Shown here: positions 19,904 through 28,159 of the stretch, in pieces
How positions within the stretch are numbered: position 1 is the stretch's first letter
Layout: every line of letters begins with the position of its first letter
Assembly (NCBI GenBank): GCA_032161105.1
Contig: JAVHTD010000002.1
From: Candidatus Thermosaccharophagus tengchongensis
GTDB lineage: Bacteria; Armatimonadota; Fervidibacteria; Fervidibacterales; Thermosaccharophagaceae
Strand: one strand, 5' to 3'
Length of the DNA: 64,000 nt
The notes under the pieces: model-generated
The model's database searches: none
What the model saw: only the letters and a program-made list of their open reading frames with translations
Told to the model about the DNA's origin: nothing
Position numbers and translations under genes: made by a program

Positions 19904-20938
19904 TCACCTGACTTGGGTTGCCTCCCGCTCAGAGCGCATCGTTATGGCTTTAACTCTCGGCGGACAGACGACGGCGCATATGCCACAGCCCTTGCAGTAG
20001 TCGTAGTTAATGCCTGCCACTTTCCCATCCCTGATGAGGATGGCATCATCTGGGCAGTGAATGAAGCACATGTAGCAGTTTGTGCACTTCTCCGAGTCCC
20101 AGATTGGGCGTTGCTCACTCCGCCAAGTGCCAGTCTTGTAAGAGAGCGATGTGGCAGGCTGTGGTATTATTCCACCGAGGCTGAGTTCTTCCCACGATGG
20201 CAGCTGTGCTCCCTTCGTGTGTTCCTCTATGACTTCGGGCGGGTTTATTGGCTCCTCATCAACTTGCACTTCGTTGTATCCTCTCTCAACTGCCCTCAAA
20301 TTCGCTTCAAGCAGCTCGGGGCGACGCCTGACCCTCTCTGGAAGGTGCTCTGTCAGCACCGATTTTATGGTCTCAAGTTTCGCAACACCCGTGACCTTTG
20401 CAAGCGCACCAAGCATTGGCACATTTGGCATGTTGCGCTTTATCGTCTCAAGCGAAATGGCACTCGCATCAACGGAAGCAACACGGGCTAAAGCACCAAA
20501 CACCGGATGAACATTGCGCAATTCCTTCGGTGGATATGGGACATTGGCGATGAGGGTTGTCTCTCTCTTCAACCCGCTTAGCACGCTTGGGTTGGTGAGG
20601 AGCGAATCATCAATGACGACAACAGCATCAGGTGACACTATCCCGCCGTGTATCGTGAGTGGGGCGTCGGCGATTCTCGTAAACCCCTCAACTGGTGCGC
20701 CGCGCCTTTCTGGTCCGAATTGTGGGAACGCCTGCGCCCACTTGCCCTCTGCCAAAGCAACATGCCCAAGAAGGAGCGCAACAGTCCTTATTCCCTGCCC
20801 AGCACGGCCATGCCAGCGCACCTCTATCGGTTTAGCTTCAACTCGCTCCCTTCGTGAGACATAAACAATGCCGTCATCGCTAAACTTAACCGACACATTG
20901 GCGCTATCCATCTGACCCACTCCAATCAGATGTGGCAT
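19904..20938 (-). CDS. pyruvate/2-oxoacid:ferredoxin oxidoreductase, fused gamma-delta subunit
   Basis: The N-terminal part has the gamma signature GRAGQG. The C-terminal part has two ferredoxin motifs, CTNCYMCFIHCP and CKGCGICAVVCP (delta). Confidence 0.88.
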   Translation of the reverse strand: MPHLIGVGQMDSANVSVKFSDDGIVYVSRRERVEAKPIEVRWHGRAGQGIRTVALLLGHVALAEGKWAQAFPQFGPERRGAPVEGFTRIADAPLTIHGGIVSPDAVVVIDDSLLTNPSVLSGLKRETTLIANVPYPPKELRNVHPVFGALARVASVDASAISLETIKRNMPNVPMLGALAKVTGVAKLETIKSVLTEHLPERVRRRPELLEANLRAVERGYNEVQVDEEPINPPEVIEEHTKGAQLPSWEELSLGGIIPQPATSLSYKTGTWRSEQRPIWDSEKCTNCYMCFIHCPDDAILIRDGKVAGINYDYCKGCGICAVVCPPRVKAITMRSEREATQVR

Positions 20939-20999
20939 GGATGGCTTTCAATCATCCATCACTTCATAGGTGCAACGCAGTTGCCATTCATCTTGCAGG

Positions 21000-22259
21000 T
21001 CATTTGCTCATAGCGAGCCATGCCGAAACGAATGCGTTTTCCTTCGGCAGGAAGCGCAGCCTGACCCTCGCAACAAGTTCCGCAATGTGGTGATGCCAAA
21101 GGCGGTTGGCGTCAACATCCATCTCCTCAAATTCATGCCAATTCCCGTCACCAGCAACATCAACTTCAATCGTCACAGAGCCGCGAGAGCTGCTCCATAG
21201 CCAGACCGTCTTTTGCGGGAACAGCGCACAGCATATCTCCGATGTGACAGCGCCATTGGGGCTTACTTGGCGTCTTTGCCAAAGAGAGTATGTGAGCGCC
21301 TCCTCACGATGTGGTTCAATCTCGGCTATGTTGAGTCTCGCTGCACAAATCCTGTGGACGGCATCTGATGATGCACCGAGCACCTCAGAGTAATAGAGCA
21401 GCCCACCGCCATGCAGCACCCACGGGTGAACGACGCTCATATCCTGCTTTGCAGTTGCATCGGTCAAACCCGTGAGCGGGTTGCGCGGTGAGCGTGCCCA
21501 TGCGATCCCATCGGGTGAATACGCCACTCCAATTCCGTAGCGCCCTTGCCTGCCTATCCCCTCGTATAGCATGATGATGTGATCTCCGTGAATGAAGGCA
21601 TGGTGAACTTCAATCCCGGCATCCCAAAACGGGCACTCCGGTTCTTCATGCCAGCCACGCTGCTGGAAGATCGGGTTGTCTTCAAGTTTTATCCAGCTCT
21701 TGCCGTCACTTGATATGGCTCCGCCAATCTGCATTGAGCGCGGTCCATAGCCGCCGTAAATCATTAACCACTCATGGCGCATCTTTATGACGGACGGAAA
21801 TGCAACCCCATCGCTGTCCCAAGCTTCATGAGCTCCAACTTCAACGATCGGGTTGGAATCAAACTTGCGCCAGTTCACAAGGTCGCTTGAGAATGCCAAC
21901 CCTATGCGCAACTTCCCATCGGCTGCGAAGCCCGAGTAGTAAAGCCAATATTCATCGCCGACCTTGACCATGCAGCCGGCTTCAAAGCCGAGCTCGTCAA
22001 AGCTGCCCTCGGTCGGCACCAAGACCGGATTGTCTTTATGCTTCTCCCAATGGATTCCGTCTTCGCTCATCGCCAAACCGAGCTTCCTCGGCGAGCCATG
22101 CCCTCGCCAACCGCTGCCCTCTTCCCAACCCTGATAGAGCATGAAGTAGCGGTCATCCTCGCGCCACACAATTGGCGCTGCAGTCCCCTTAGCGTCCCAG
22201 CTGCCACTTGTTGGTTGCAACACAACGCCAATTCGTTCACAAAGCACCCCAGATGGCAT
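21000..22259 (-). CDS. five-bladed beta-propeller glycoside hydrolase/phosphorylase-like protein (GH43/GH32/GH130 clan; family not resolved)
   Basis: Repeated blade pattern (W-D-x-x-G...Y-x-M-x-Y-x-G...G-L-A-x-S-x-D-G-x-x-W, e.g. LGLAMSEDGIHWEKHKDNPV, IGLAFSSDLVNWRKFDSNPI, IGGAISSDGKSWIKLEDNPI, IGVAYSPDGIAWARSPRNPL). Confidence 0.6.
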   Translation of the reverse strand: MPSGVLCERIGVVLQPTSGSWDAKGTAAPIVWREDDRYFMLYQGWEEGSGWRGHGSPRKLGLAMSEDGIHWEKHKDNPVLVPTEGSFDELGFEAGCMVKVGDEYWLYYSGFAADGKLRIGLAFSSDLVNWRKFDSNPIVEVGAHEAWDSDGVAFPSVIKMRHEWLMIYGGYGPRSMQIGGAISSDGKSWIKLEDNPIFQQRGWHEEPECPFWDAGIEVHHAFIHGDHIIMLYEGIGRQGRYGIGVAYSPDGIAWARSPRNPLTGLTDATAKQDMSVVHPWVLHGGGLLYYSEVLGASSDAVHRICAARLNIAEIEPHREEALTYSLWQRRQVSPNGAVTSEICCALFPQKTVWLWSSSRGSVTIEVDVAGDGNWHEFEEMDVDANRLWHHHIAELVARVRLRFLPKENAFVSAWLAMSK

Positions 22260-22452
22260 AATCTTTCCCTCCCGTCATGTGGTTTTTCACTGCCACAGGC
22301 TTGCCCTATGGTTCAGCCCATCAATTCACCCAAACCTTTATGTTACCGTGGTGGATTACTTGCCGTTACATCATGCTACACTTCTTAATTGGAATGCCTG
22401 ACGAGGATGGCAATTGGCATCAAAGATTGATGCCTGCCGAGGTGTGAATGTC

Positions 22453-23091
22453 ATGGCAGATGCCCGGTCGCAAGTTCAGCAGTTCGTTTCGCAAGCCACA
22501 CAGTTGCTCAGGGCTGGCAGGGCAAATGAAGCTGCCGAGTTGCTGCAAAGGGCGCTTCACATCAATCCGAATAGCTTTGTCGTGCACCACGCGCTTGGAG
22601 TGGCATTGGCGCAGTGTGGCAAGTTTGAGGAGGCTCTTTTGCATCTTCGTCAAGCCGTCTCCATGAACCCGATGTCTCCGCAGGTTCACTTCAACCTGGG
22701 CAGGGTCTATCAAGAGCAGGGGAAGCTGAAGGAAGCTCTGGATGAATTCAGCGAAGCTGTGCGCCTCAATCCGCAATACGAAGCCGCTCTGAAAGCCATC
22801 GAGGATGTTCAGCAGGAGATGAGTATGAAAGCTACCGAGGAAGCCCCGCTCATTGAAATGGAGCCGCTGGAGTTGATGGAGGAAACATTTGAGCAAGTCA
22901 GGTGCTATTGGCATCCGGATAGAACTCCCACATCAAAGTGCTCATCATGCAACCGTTGGGTATGCTCAGAGTGTGAGAGGTTCGTCTATGGCAGCCTGAT
23001 GTGCTTTGAATGCGCCGAGAAGGAATGGTCAAAGACAGCCCCAAAGGAGGAGAAGAAGGGAGAGGGCTCGGTTGAGTTTGAGCTGTATTGA
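22453..23091 (+). CDS. TPR-repeat protein with C-terminal B-box-like zinc finger
   Basis: Three TPR-like units (AELLQRALHINPNS..., LLHLRQAVSMNPMS..., LDEFSEAVRLNPQY...) are followed by CYWHPDRTPTSKCSSCNRWVCSECERFVYGSLMCFEC. GAGGTG lies 9 nt upstream of ATG 22453. Confidence 0.7.
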   Translation: MADARSQVQQFVSQATQLLRAGRANEAAELLQRALHINPNSFVVHHALGVALAQCGKFEEALLHLRQAVSMNPMSPQVHFNLGRVYQEQGKLKEALDEFSEAVRLNPQYEAALKAIEDVQQEMSMKATEEAPLIEMEPLELMEETFEQVRCYWHPDRTPTSKCSSCNRWVCSECERFVYGSLMCFECAEKEWSKTAPKEEKKGEGSVEFELY

Positions 23092-23116
23092 CAGCCCGAT
23101 GGCTGCCGTGACGAGC

Positions 23117-25024
23117 TCACTCAACCTTTGCTGCGACTTCAACTTGTCCGTGTATGACAAAATCAGTCCGAACTCTCGCAGTCGCTATTGGGCGTATGAG
23201 ACCGCTGGCGATAACGGAGGTAGCTCCGGTTGGCTGTTGGAGCAATTCCTCTGGTTCAATCTCCTCCGGCTTAATGAAGCGCCCGATCATCTCTTGTCTC
23301 TCAAGCAGCTTAAGCGCTCGCCAACTCTCAGCATCCCAGATTTCAATTAACACCTCTGTGCCACATGGCTCTTCATTCATCACCCTGACAAGCTCGTCAA
23401 AGGAGCTTGGGAAGTCAGCCGCTGTGAGGTGCCTGTTTAACAGGCGCAGTGGAGCCTCATCAATTGGGCGCTTTCCGCGAGCCACAAGCACAATCTCACC
23501 CGGGGCATCTTTTGGGATTGCCACCTTTAACCGCTCAACTATAGCGCTGTCATGGAATGGCTGTAGATGCACTGCCAGCTCAACTTCGCTGCCCCTGCGC
23601 AGCTTGCCATTCGGTATGCTGAGCTTGCAGATGCGCGCCGTCATGCGCCTCTGAGTCACGCTAATGTTCACATCAATTCGTTCAATCCGTGCCCCCTCAA
23701 ATTCATTCCTCAGCAAAGCCATAAGCCATCTTGTGAATTTCAGGGCGCACTCAGACGCCACATCGGTTTCGCTGTAGATTTTCTCGGAGCGCACCAAAGG
23801 TGATCTGTTGTTGCAGCTCACCTCCCACTTCAGTTCAGCAGTCCCGCTGCCAACCCTGTCAAATGCCTTATCAACGGCGTCCAACATAACAACACCGCAT
23901 ATTATCGGAAGCAACTCCTCATCCGGCGTTACCGATACTATGACCTGCCTCTTCGTGTTACCCTCAACGGTGATGTGCAGTTGCACCCAATTGGGCGAAC
24001 GCTCAAGGTAGCCAGCAACGCCTCGTTCTCTGTCCTGTGTCACCACTCCGATGGTTTTCCCAAGTGGTGAGCCAACCTTGAACGGCATGAGCAAGCTGCG
24101 GACAACGCTGTGTATGTATGCACAGGCTAAGCCGAACTGCGCATAGCCGCGCTGCAGCAGTGGGTGACCGAGGGCGACGAATTTCCCGCCGGCAGCGTAA
24201 GTCAATGTGCCGAGAGCCGAAAGCGAAATATCGCCATGCGCGAACTGAATCGCAATCGCAGAACCCATCTCAAGCTTTACATTGCTCACGGCATTGGCAG
24301 ATGATGGTGATGCCGTAAGGAACATGCCACGATGCCCCATGAAACTCTTAAAGCGCTCAATCGCCCTCGCGGAGAGACCTTGCACCATGAGCGGCGTTAT
24401 AAGCCTTGCCTTTGTGGTCACTCCATGCGGCGGGTATATGTTGCGGAGATGCCGGATGAGCATCGGCATGCGCATTTTGAGCATTACAAAATCCCAATTG
24501 AGTGGTGATGCGGGCAAGACGCCGCACGCTTGATGGAGTAGCGTGAAGCCGTTACGGTGATTGCTTGGCTCAGGCATTATGCTTGCCTTGTGCTCCTCAA
24601 CCTTGGGTTCGTCGTATTTTAGCAGGGAGAGCATGTCATGGGATGGTGTCATATACGCGAATGTCGTATCCGAGAGTGGTTCTGCATGTGCGATTGCCCC
24701 GGCGAGTTCGCCATTGATGAGCACCGGGCTGCCACTCATCCCGGCACATACCCCGCCAACACGCTCAATGTTTTTTCCACCAACTCGCACCAAGACAACA
24801 TCGGTGTTCGGCATTGAGCCCTTCAGAACATCAATTACCTCAACCGAGAACGATTCCACCTTAACACCCTCAAACACCGTTTTGCCGATGCCCTTCATTC
24901 CCGGCTTTAAATCGTTGATGCTAATGATGGCATACGATGGGCTAAGGCATAAAGAGAGGGCGCACAAGAGCTTGCAGACGAGGTTAATGAGAATGGATGG
25001 CGCTCTCGTTCGCATTGACAGCAT
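23117..25024 (-). CDS. peptidase S55 (SpoIVB-like) domain protein, secreted
   Basis: An N-terminal signal-like segment is present. GIGKTVFEGVKVESFSVEVIDVL...VGGVCAGMSGSPVLINGELAGAIAHA matches the S55 serine-protease core (GMSGSP). A long C-terminal region of unknown function follows. Confidence 0.7.
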   Translation of the reverse strand: MLSMRTRAPSILINLVCKLLCALSLCLSPSYAIISINDLKPGMKGIGKTVFEGVKVESFSVEVIDVLKGSMPNTDVVLVRVGGKNIERVGGVCAGMSGSPVLINGELAGAIAHAEPLSDTTFAYMTPSHDMLSLLKYDEPKVEEHKASIMPEPSNHRNGFTLLHQACGVLPASPLNWDFVMLKMRMPMLIRHLRNIYPPHGVTTKARLITPLMVQGLSARAIERFKSFMGHRGMFLTASPSSANAVSNVKLEMGSAIAIQFAHGDISLSALGTLTYAAGGKFVALGHPLLQRGYAQFGLACAYIHSVVRSLLMPFKVGSPLGKTIGVVTQDRERGVAGYLERSPNWVQLHITVEGNTKRQVIVSVTPDEELLPIICGVVMLDAVDKAFDRVGSGTAELKWEVSCNNRSPLVRSEKIYSETDVASECALKFTRWLMALLRNEFEGARIERIDVNISVTQRRMTARICKLSIPNGKLRRGSEVELAVHLQPFHDSAIVERLKVAIPKDAPGEIVLVARGKRPIDEAPLRLLNRHLTAADFPSSFDELVRVMNEEPCGTEVLIEIWDAESWRALKLLERQEMIGRFIKPEEIEPEELLQQPTGATSVIASGLIRPIATARVRTDFVIHGQVEVAAKVE

Positions 25025-25046
25025 CGTTGCCGTCCTCCCGAAAGCC

Positions 25047-26324
25047 TCACAGCCTGAAGACCTTCTGCTTGAAGGCTTCATCTCGTGGGATGGCATTGCG
25101 CATGTCAACGATCAAGTTTGCCCTCTCGGCAATTGCACGCCAATCATACGAATCGTGAGCTGTCAGCACGACGACACAGTCGACCGACGAGAGTAGCTCT
25201 TCCGTCAACTCCTGTGACTTGAGCGTTTGCCCATCAACTTCAATCTCGTGAACATGCGGGTCGTTGTAGATAACCCTTGCACCCATCCGCATAAGGAGCT
25301 TGATGACCTCAAGCGATGGCGATTCTCGGTAGTCTCTTACATTCGGCTTGTATGCGACACCGAGTATGAGCACCTTGCTGTCAATTAGTGGCTTATGCCT
25401 TGAGTTGAGCGCTTCCATTACGATGCTGACCGTCTCCTCCGGCATGCGCTTGTTTATTTCGTCAGCGAGCTCAATGAATCTGGAGCGGAAGTTGTGAAGC
25501 CTGACACGCCACGCAAGATACATCGGGTCAACTGGGATGCAGTGTCCCCCGACACCGGGACCGGGGTAGAATGGCATGAACCCAAATGGCTTTGTGGAGG
25601 CAGCCTCAATTACCTCCCAAACATCAATTCCGATGCGCCTGCACATTAACGCAAACTCGTTGACGAGTGCTATGTTGACCGAGCGGAAGGTGTTTTCAAG
25701 CAACTTTGCAGCCTCTGCGACGGCTGGTGATGAAACCTTGACCACTCTGTCCTCGCCAACCACGAGCGAAAAGAGAGCTGCTGCCCTCTTTGTGCACTCA
25801 TGCGTGACGCCGCCGACAATCCTTGGCGTGTTCCTCAGGGTCCATTTCCTGTTTCCGGGGTCAACACGCTCGGGCGAATATGCGAGGAAGATGTCCTTAC
25901 CTATGGTGAAGCCTCGCTTCTCAAGTTCCGGTTTGAGCACCTCTTCAGTCGTGCCCGGGTATGTTGTGCTCTCAAGGACAACGAGCGTTCCTGAGGAAAC
26001 ATGTTCGGCTACCTTTTGTGAGGCATCAAACACATGCGATATGTCTGGCTCGCCAGTTTTGCGAAGCGGTGTCGGGACGCATATTACGACGGCATCGCAT
26101 GTTGAGATTGGGCTATAGTCATCTGTTGGGCGGAATCTGCCGAGCGCAGCTTTGACTTCCTCGTCCGAGACATCGTCAATGTAGGAACTCCCATTGAGGA
26201 GCATTTGCACCCTGCTTCGGTTGACATCAATCCCATAGACGCGGTTCAGCTTTTCAGCAAAGGCAAGGGCAAGCGGCAACCCAGCATATCCGAGCCCGAC
26301 TACCGCCACAGATTCAAACCTCAT
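25047..26324 (-). CDS. nucleotide-sugar dehydrogenase (UDP-glucose/GDP-mannose dehydrogenase family)
   Basis: VAVVGLGYAGLPLALAF Rossmann start, GGHCIPVDP catalytic Cys region and the C-terminal UDP-binding domain are present. A GGAGGGGG RBS precedes ATG 26324. Confidence 0.88.
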   Translation of the reverse strand: MRFESVAVVGLGYAGLPLALAFAEKLNRVYGIDVNRSRVQMLLNGSSYIDDVSDEEVKAALGRFRPTDDYSPISTCDAVVICVPTPLRKTGEPDISHVFDASQKVAEHVSSGTLVVLESTTYPGTTEEVLKPELEKRGFTIGKDIFLAYSPERVDPGNRKWTLRNTPRIVGGVTHECTKRAAALFSLVVGEDRVVKVSSPAVAEAAKLLENTFRSVNIALVNEFALMCRRIGIDVWEVIEAASTKPFGFMPFYPGPGVGGHCIPVDPMYLAWRVRLHNFRSRFIELADEINKRMPEETVSIVMEALNSRHKPLIDSKVLILGVAYKPNVRDYRESPSLEVIKLLMRMGARVIYNDPHVHEIEVDGQTLKSQELTEELLSSVDCVVVLTAHDSYDWRAIAERANLIVDMRNAIPRDEAFKQKVFRL

Positions 26325-26528
26325 TTCTAACCCCCTCCATTGCATGGGTGCAGCGCTGCCATCCGTTTCGCTACCGTTGGCGTTCTTTCATCTATCGCCG
26401 TCGGGTTTGCGATGAGTGTGTTGGGTAAGCTGCATTTTGGGATCTCACCTTAGCGCGATAAGAGGCACACCATAACGCGCCTGAACCCGTTCCACCCGGT
26501 TACTGCGATTCTCTTTCTCCCTCTGCAA

Positions 26529-27407
26529 TTAGTTGCGTTTTGACTCGGCAGCCTGCAACCACCTCTTAACCCAATTGAGCATGCGTTCACCAAGTTCTGG
26601 GTCTGTGAGGGCGAGCAAGAAGAAGGCTTCAAAGTATGTATCAAAGCCGCCGATGTCAAGCCTTCTCTCATTCTCGCGCAGTGTCACCCCAAGCACAGTT
26701 AACCCTTCCCTCACCAAGAGGCGTATAGCATCGGTCAACTGATACTCGCCGCCATAACCTTTTGTGATGCGCGAGAGCGCATCGTAAATGCACGGTGAAA
26801 AGATATATCTTGCAGCTACAGCGCAGTTTGATGGTGCCTCCCCAACTTGTGGCTTTTCAATGATGTCGGTTATTCGGCTGACTTCGGCTGACTCATCTTC
26901 AAGAGCGGCTATGCCATACTTGCTCACTTCGTCAGGGGCAACCCTCTCAAGCGCAATCGTCGCTGCTGCATTGGTGCTCAAGTGGCATTCCATCATCCTG
27001 GTGAGCAAGTCATGAGGCTTTGGTGCATATATGATTGAATCACCGAGTGCGACGATGAAGTCATCGCTGCCTGTGAAATCCCTGGCTAAGCTGACCGCGT
27101 GTCCGAGACCAAGCGGCGTGCTCTGTCGGGCGTAAAATAACTGCACATGCATGCTGCTCGCAGTTGGGTAAAGTTTTGGCGAGGCATTTTGCAAAGTTGG
27201 GTCTTCATCAAAGTGGTCTTCAATGCTGCGCTTCTTGTAGCCGGTGATTATGAGTATGTCCTTGATCCCAGCAGCCGCGAGCTCCTCAACAACATACTGA
27301 ATGACTGGCTTCCTGCCGACCGGCAGCATCTCCTTCGGTTGCGACTTCGTCGCCGGTAGAAGCCTTGTCCCCAAGCCGGCTGCTGGTATGACCGCCTTCC
27401 GTATCAT
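26529..27407 (-). CDS. galU: UTP--glucose-1-phosphate uridylyltransferase
   Basis: KAVIPAAGLGTRLLPATKSQPKEMLPVGRKPVIQYVVEE is a near-consensus GalU N-terminus. Confidence 0.9.
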   Translation of the reverse strand: MIRKAVIPAAGLGTRLLPATKSQPKEMLPVGRKPVIQYVVEELAAAGIKDILIITGYKKRSIEDHFDEDPTLQNASPKLYPTASSMHVQLFYARQSTPLGLGHAVSLARDFTGSDDFIVALGDSIIYAPKPHDLLTRMMECHLSTNAAATIALERVAPDEVSKYGIAALEDESAEVSRITDIIEKPQVGEAPSNCAVAARYIFSPCIYDALSRITKGYGGEYQLTDAIRLLVREGLTVLGVTLRENERRLDIGGFDTYFEAFFLLALTDPELGERMLNWVKRWLQAAESKRN

Positions 27408-27532
27408 TCCGACTCAGCTCCCAAGGATACATATGCAACACGCGGCAGCGGAGCAAAGAGCCACCACCCTACTTGGTGTGGGGCAAAGGGTCATCTTCAG
27501 ATTTTGAGAGGACACATCATAAAGTGCTCAAG

Positions 27533-27605
27533 TGGCCGGACCCAGAGTCGAACTGGGGACACCCGGATTTTCAGTCCGGTGCTCTACCACCTGAGCTATC
27601 CGGCC
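27533..27605 (-). tRNA. tRNA-Phe (anticodon GAA)
   Basis: The reverse complement GGCCGGATAGCTCAGGTGGTAGAGCACCGGACTGAAAATCCGG...GGTTCGACTC... folds as a cloverleaf. The anticodon loop is CTGAAAA. Confidence 0.93.
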
Positions 27606-27630
27606 ACGCATTTCAGCGCTCTGTAGTGAG

Positions 27631-27708
27631 TGGCGGGGCCGACGGGATTTGAACCCGCGACCTCCGGCTTGACAGGCCGACGTGCTAACCAGGCTGCACC
27701 ACGGCCCC
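27631..27708 (-). tRNA. tRNA-Asp (anticodon GTC), CCA encoded
   Basis: The reverse complement GGGGCCGTGGTGCAGCCTGGTTAGCACGTCGGCCTGTCAAGCCGG...GGTTCAAATCCCGTCGGCCCCGCCA folds as a cloverleaf. The anticodon loop is CTGTCAA. Confidence 0.93.
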
Positions 27709-27749
27709 TGCCATCGCATCACTCATCATTATAGCGCGTTTGCCATTAG

Positions 27750-27821
27750 TGGGCGGTAGAGGATTTGAACCTCTGTCCTCCTGCTTGTAAGGCAGGCGCT
27801 CTCCCACTGAGCTAACCGCCC
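27750..27821 (-). tRNA. tRNA-Val (anticodon TAC)
   Basis: The reverse complement GGGCGGTTAGCTCAGTGGGAGAGCGCCTGCCTTACAAGCAGGAGGACAGAGGTTCAAATCCTCTACCGCCCA folds as a cloverleaf. The anticodon loop is CTTACAA. Confidence 0.93.
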
Positions 27822-27858
27822 ACTCGCATAAGCGAATGTAACCACAGGAATGACTTTG

Positions 27859-27933
27859 TGGCCCCGACGGGATTTGAACCCGTGTTCCCGGCTTGAAAGA
27901 CCGGTGTCCTCGACCAGCCTAGACGACGGGGCC
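27859..27933 (-). tRNA. tRNA-Glu (anticodon TTC)
   Basis: The reverse complement GGCCCCGTCGTCTAGGCTGGTCGAGGACACCGGTCTTTCAAGCCGG...GGTTCAAATCCCGTCGGGGCCA folds as a cloverleaf. The anticodon loop is CTTTCAA. Confidence 0.93.
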
Positions 27934-27957
27934 ACCATTAAACTGCACAACCAAAAG

Positions 27958-28034
27958 TGGTGCGCCGTGCAGGATTCGAACCTGCGACCCCCGGATTAAA
28001 AGTCCGGTGCTCTACCAGGCTGAGCTAACGGCGC
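27958..28034 (-). tRNA. tRNA-Lys (anticodon TTT), CCA encoded
   Basis: The reverse complement GCGCCGTTAGCTCAGCCTGGTAGAGCACCGGACTTTTAATCCGGGGGTCGCAGGTTCGAATCCTGCACGGCGCACCA folds as a cloverleaf. The anticodon loop is CTTTTAA. Confidence 0.93.
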
Positions 28035-28159
28035 TGCTTGAGCTATCCGCATTTCAAAAATTGTAGCGCCATTAAATCATGAGTAAAGTTGGGAGCGTCT
28101 GCTTTGAAGGTCCCGCACTAAAGCATCGTCATGCAAAACTTCGCTTCTCGCTCTGCCTC

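Noticed and set aside
23154-25196. Several plus-strand ORFs of 60-211 aa (23154-23654, 24561-25196, others)
   Set aside because: All are antisense to the S55 peptidase gene or the dehydrogenase 3' end, S/T/P-rich and without RBS. I treated them as shadow ORFs.
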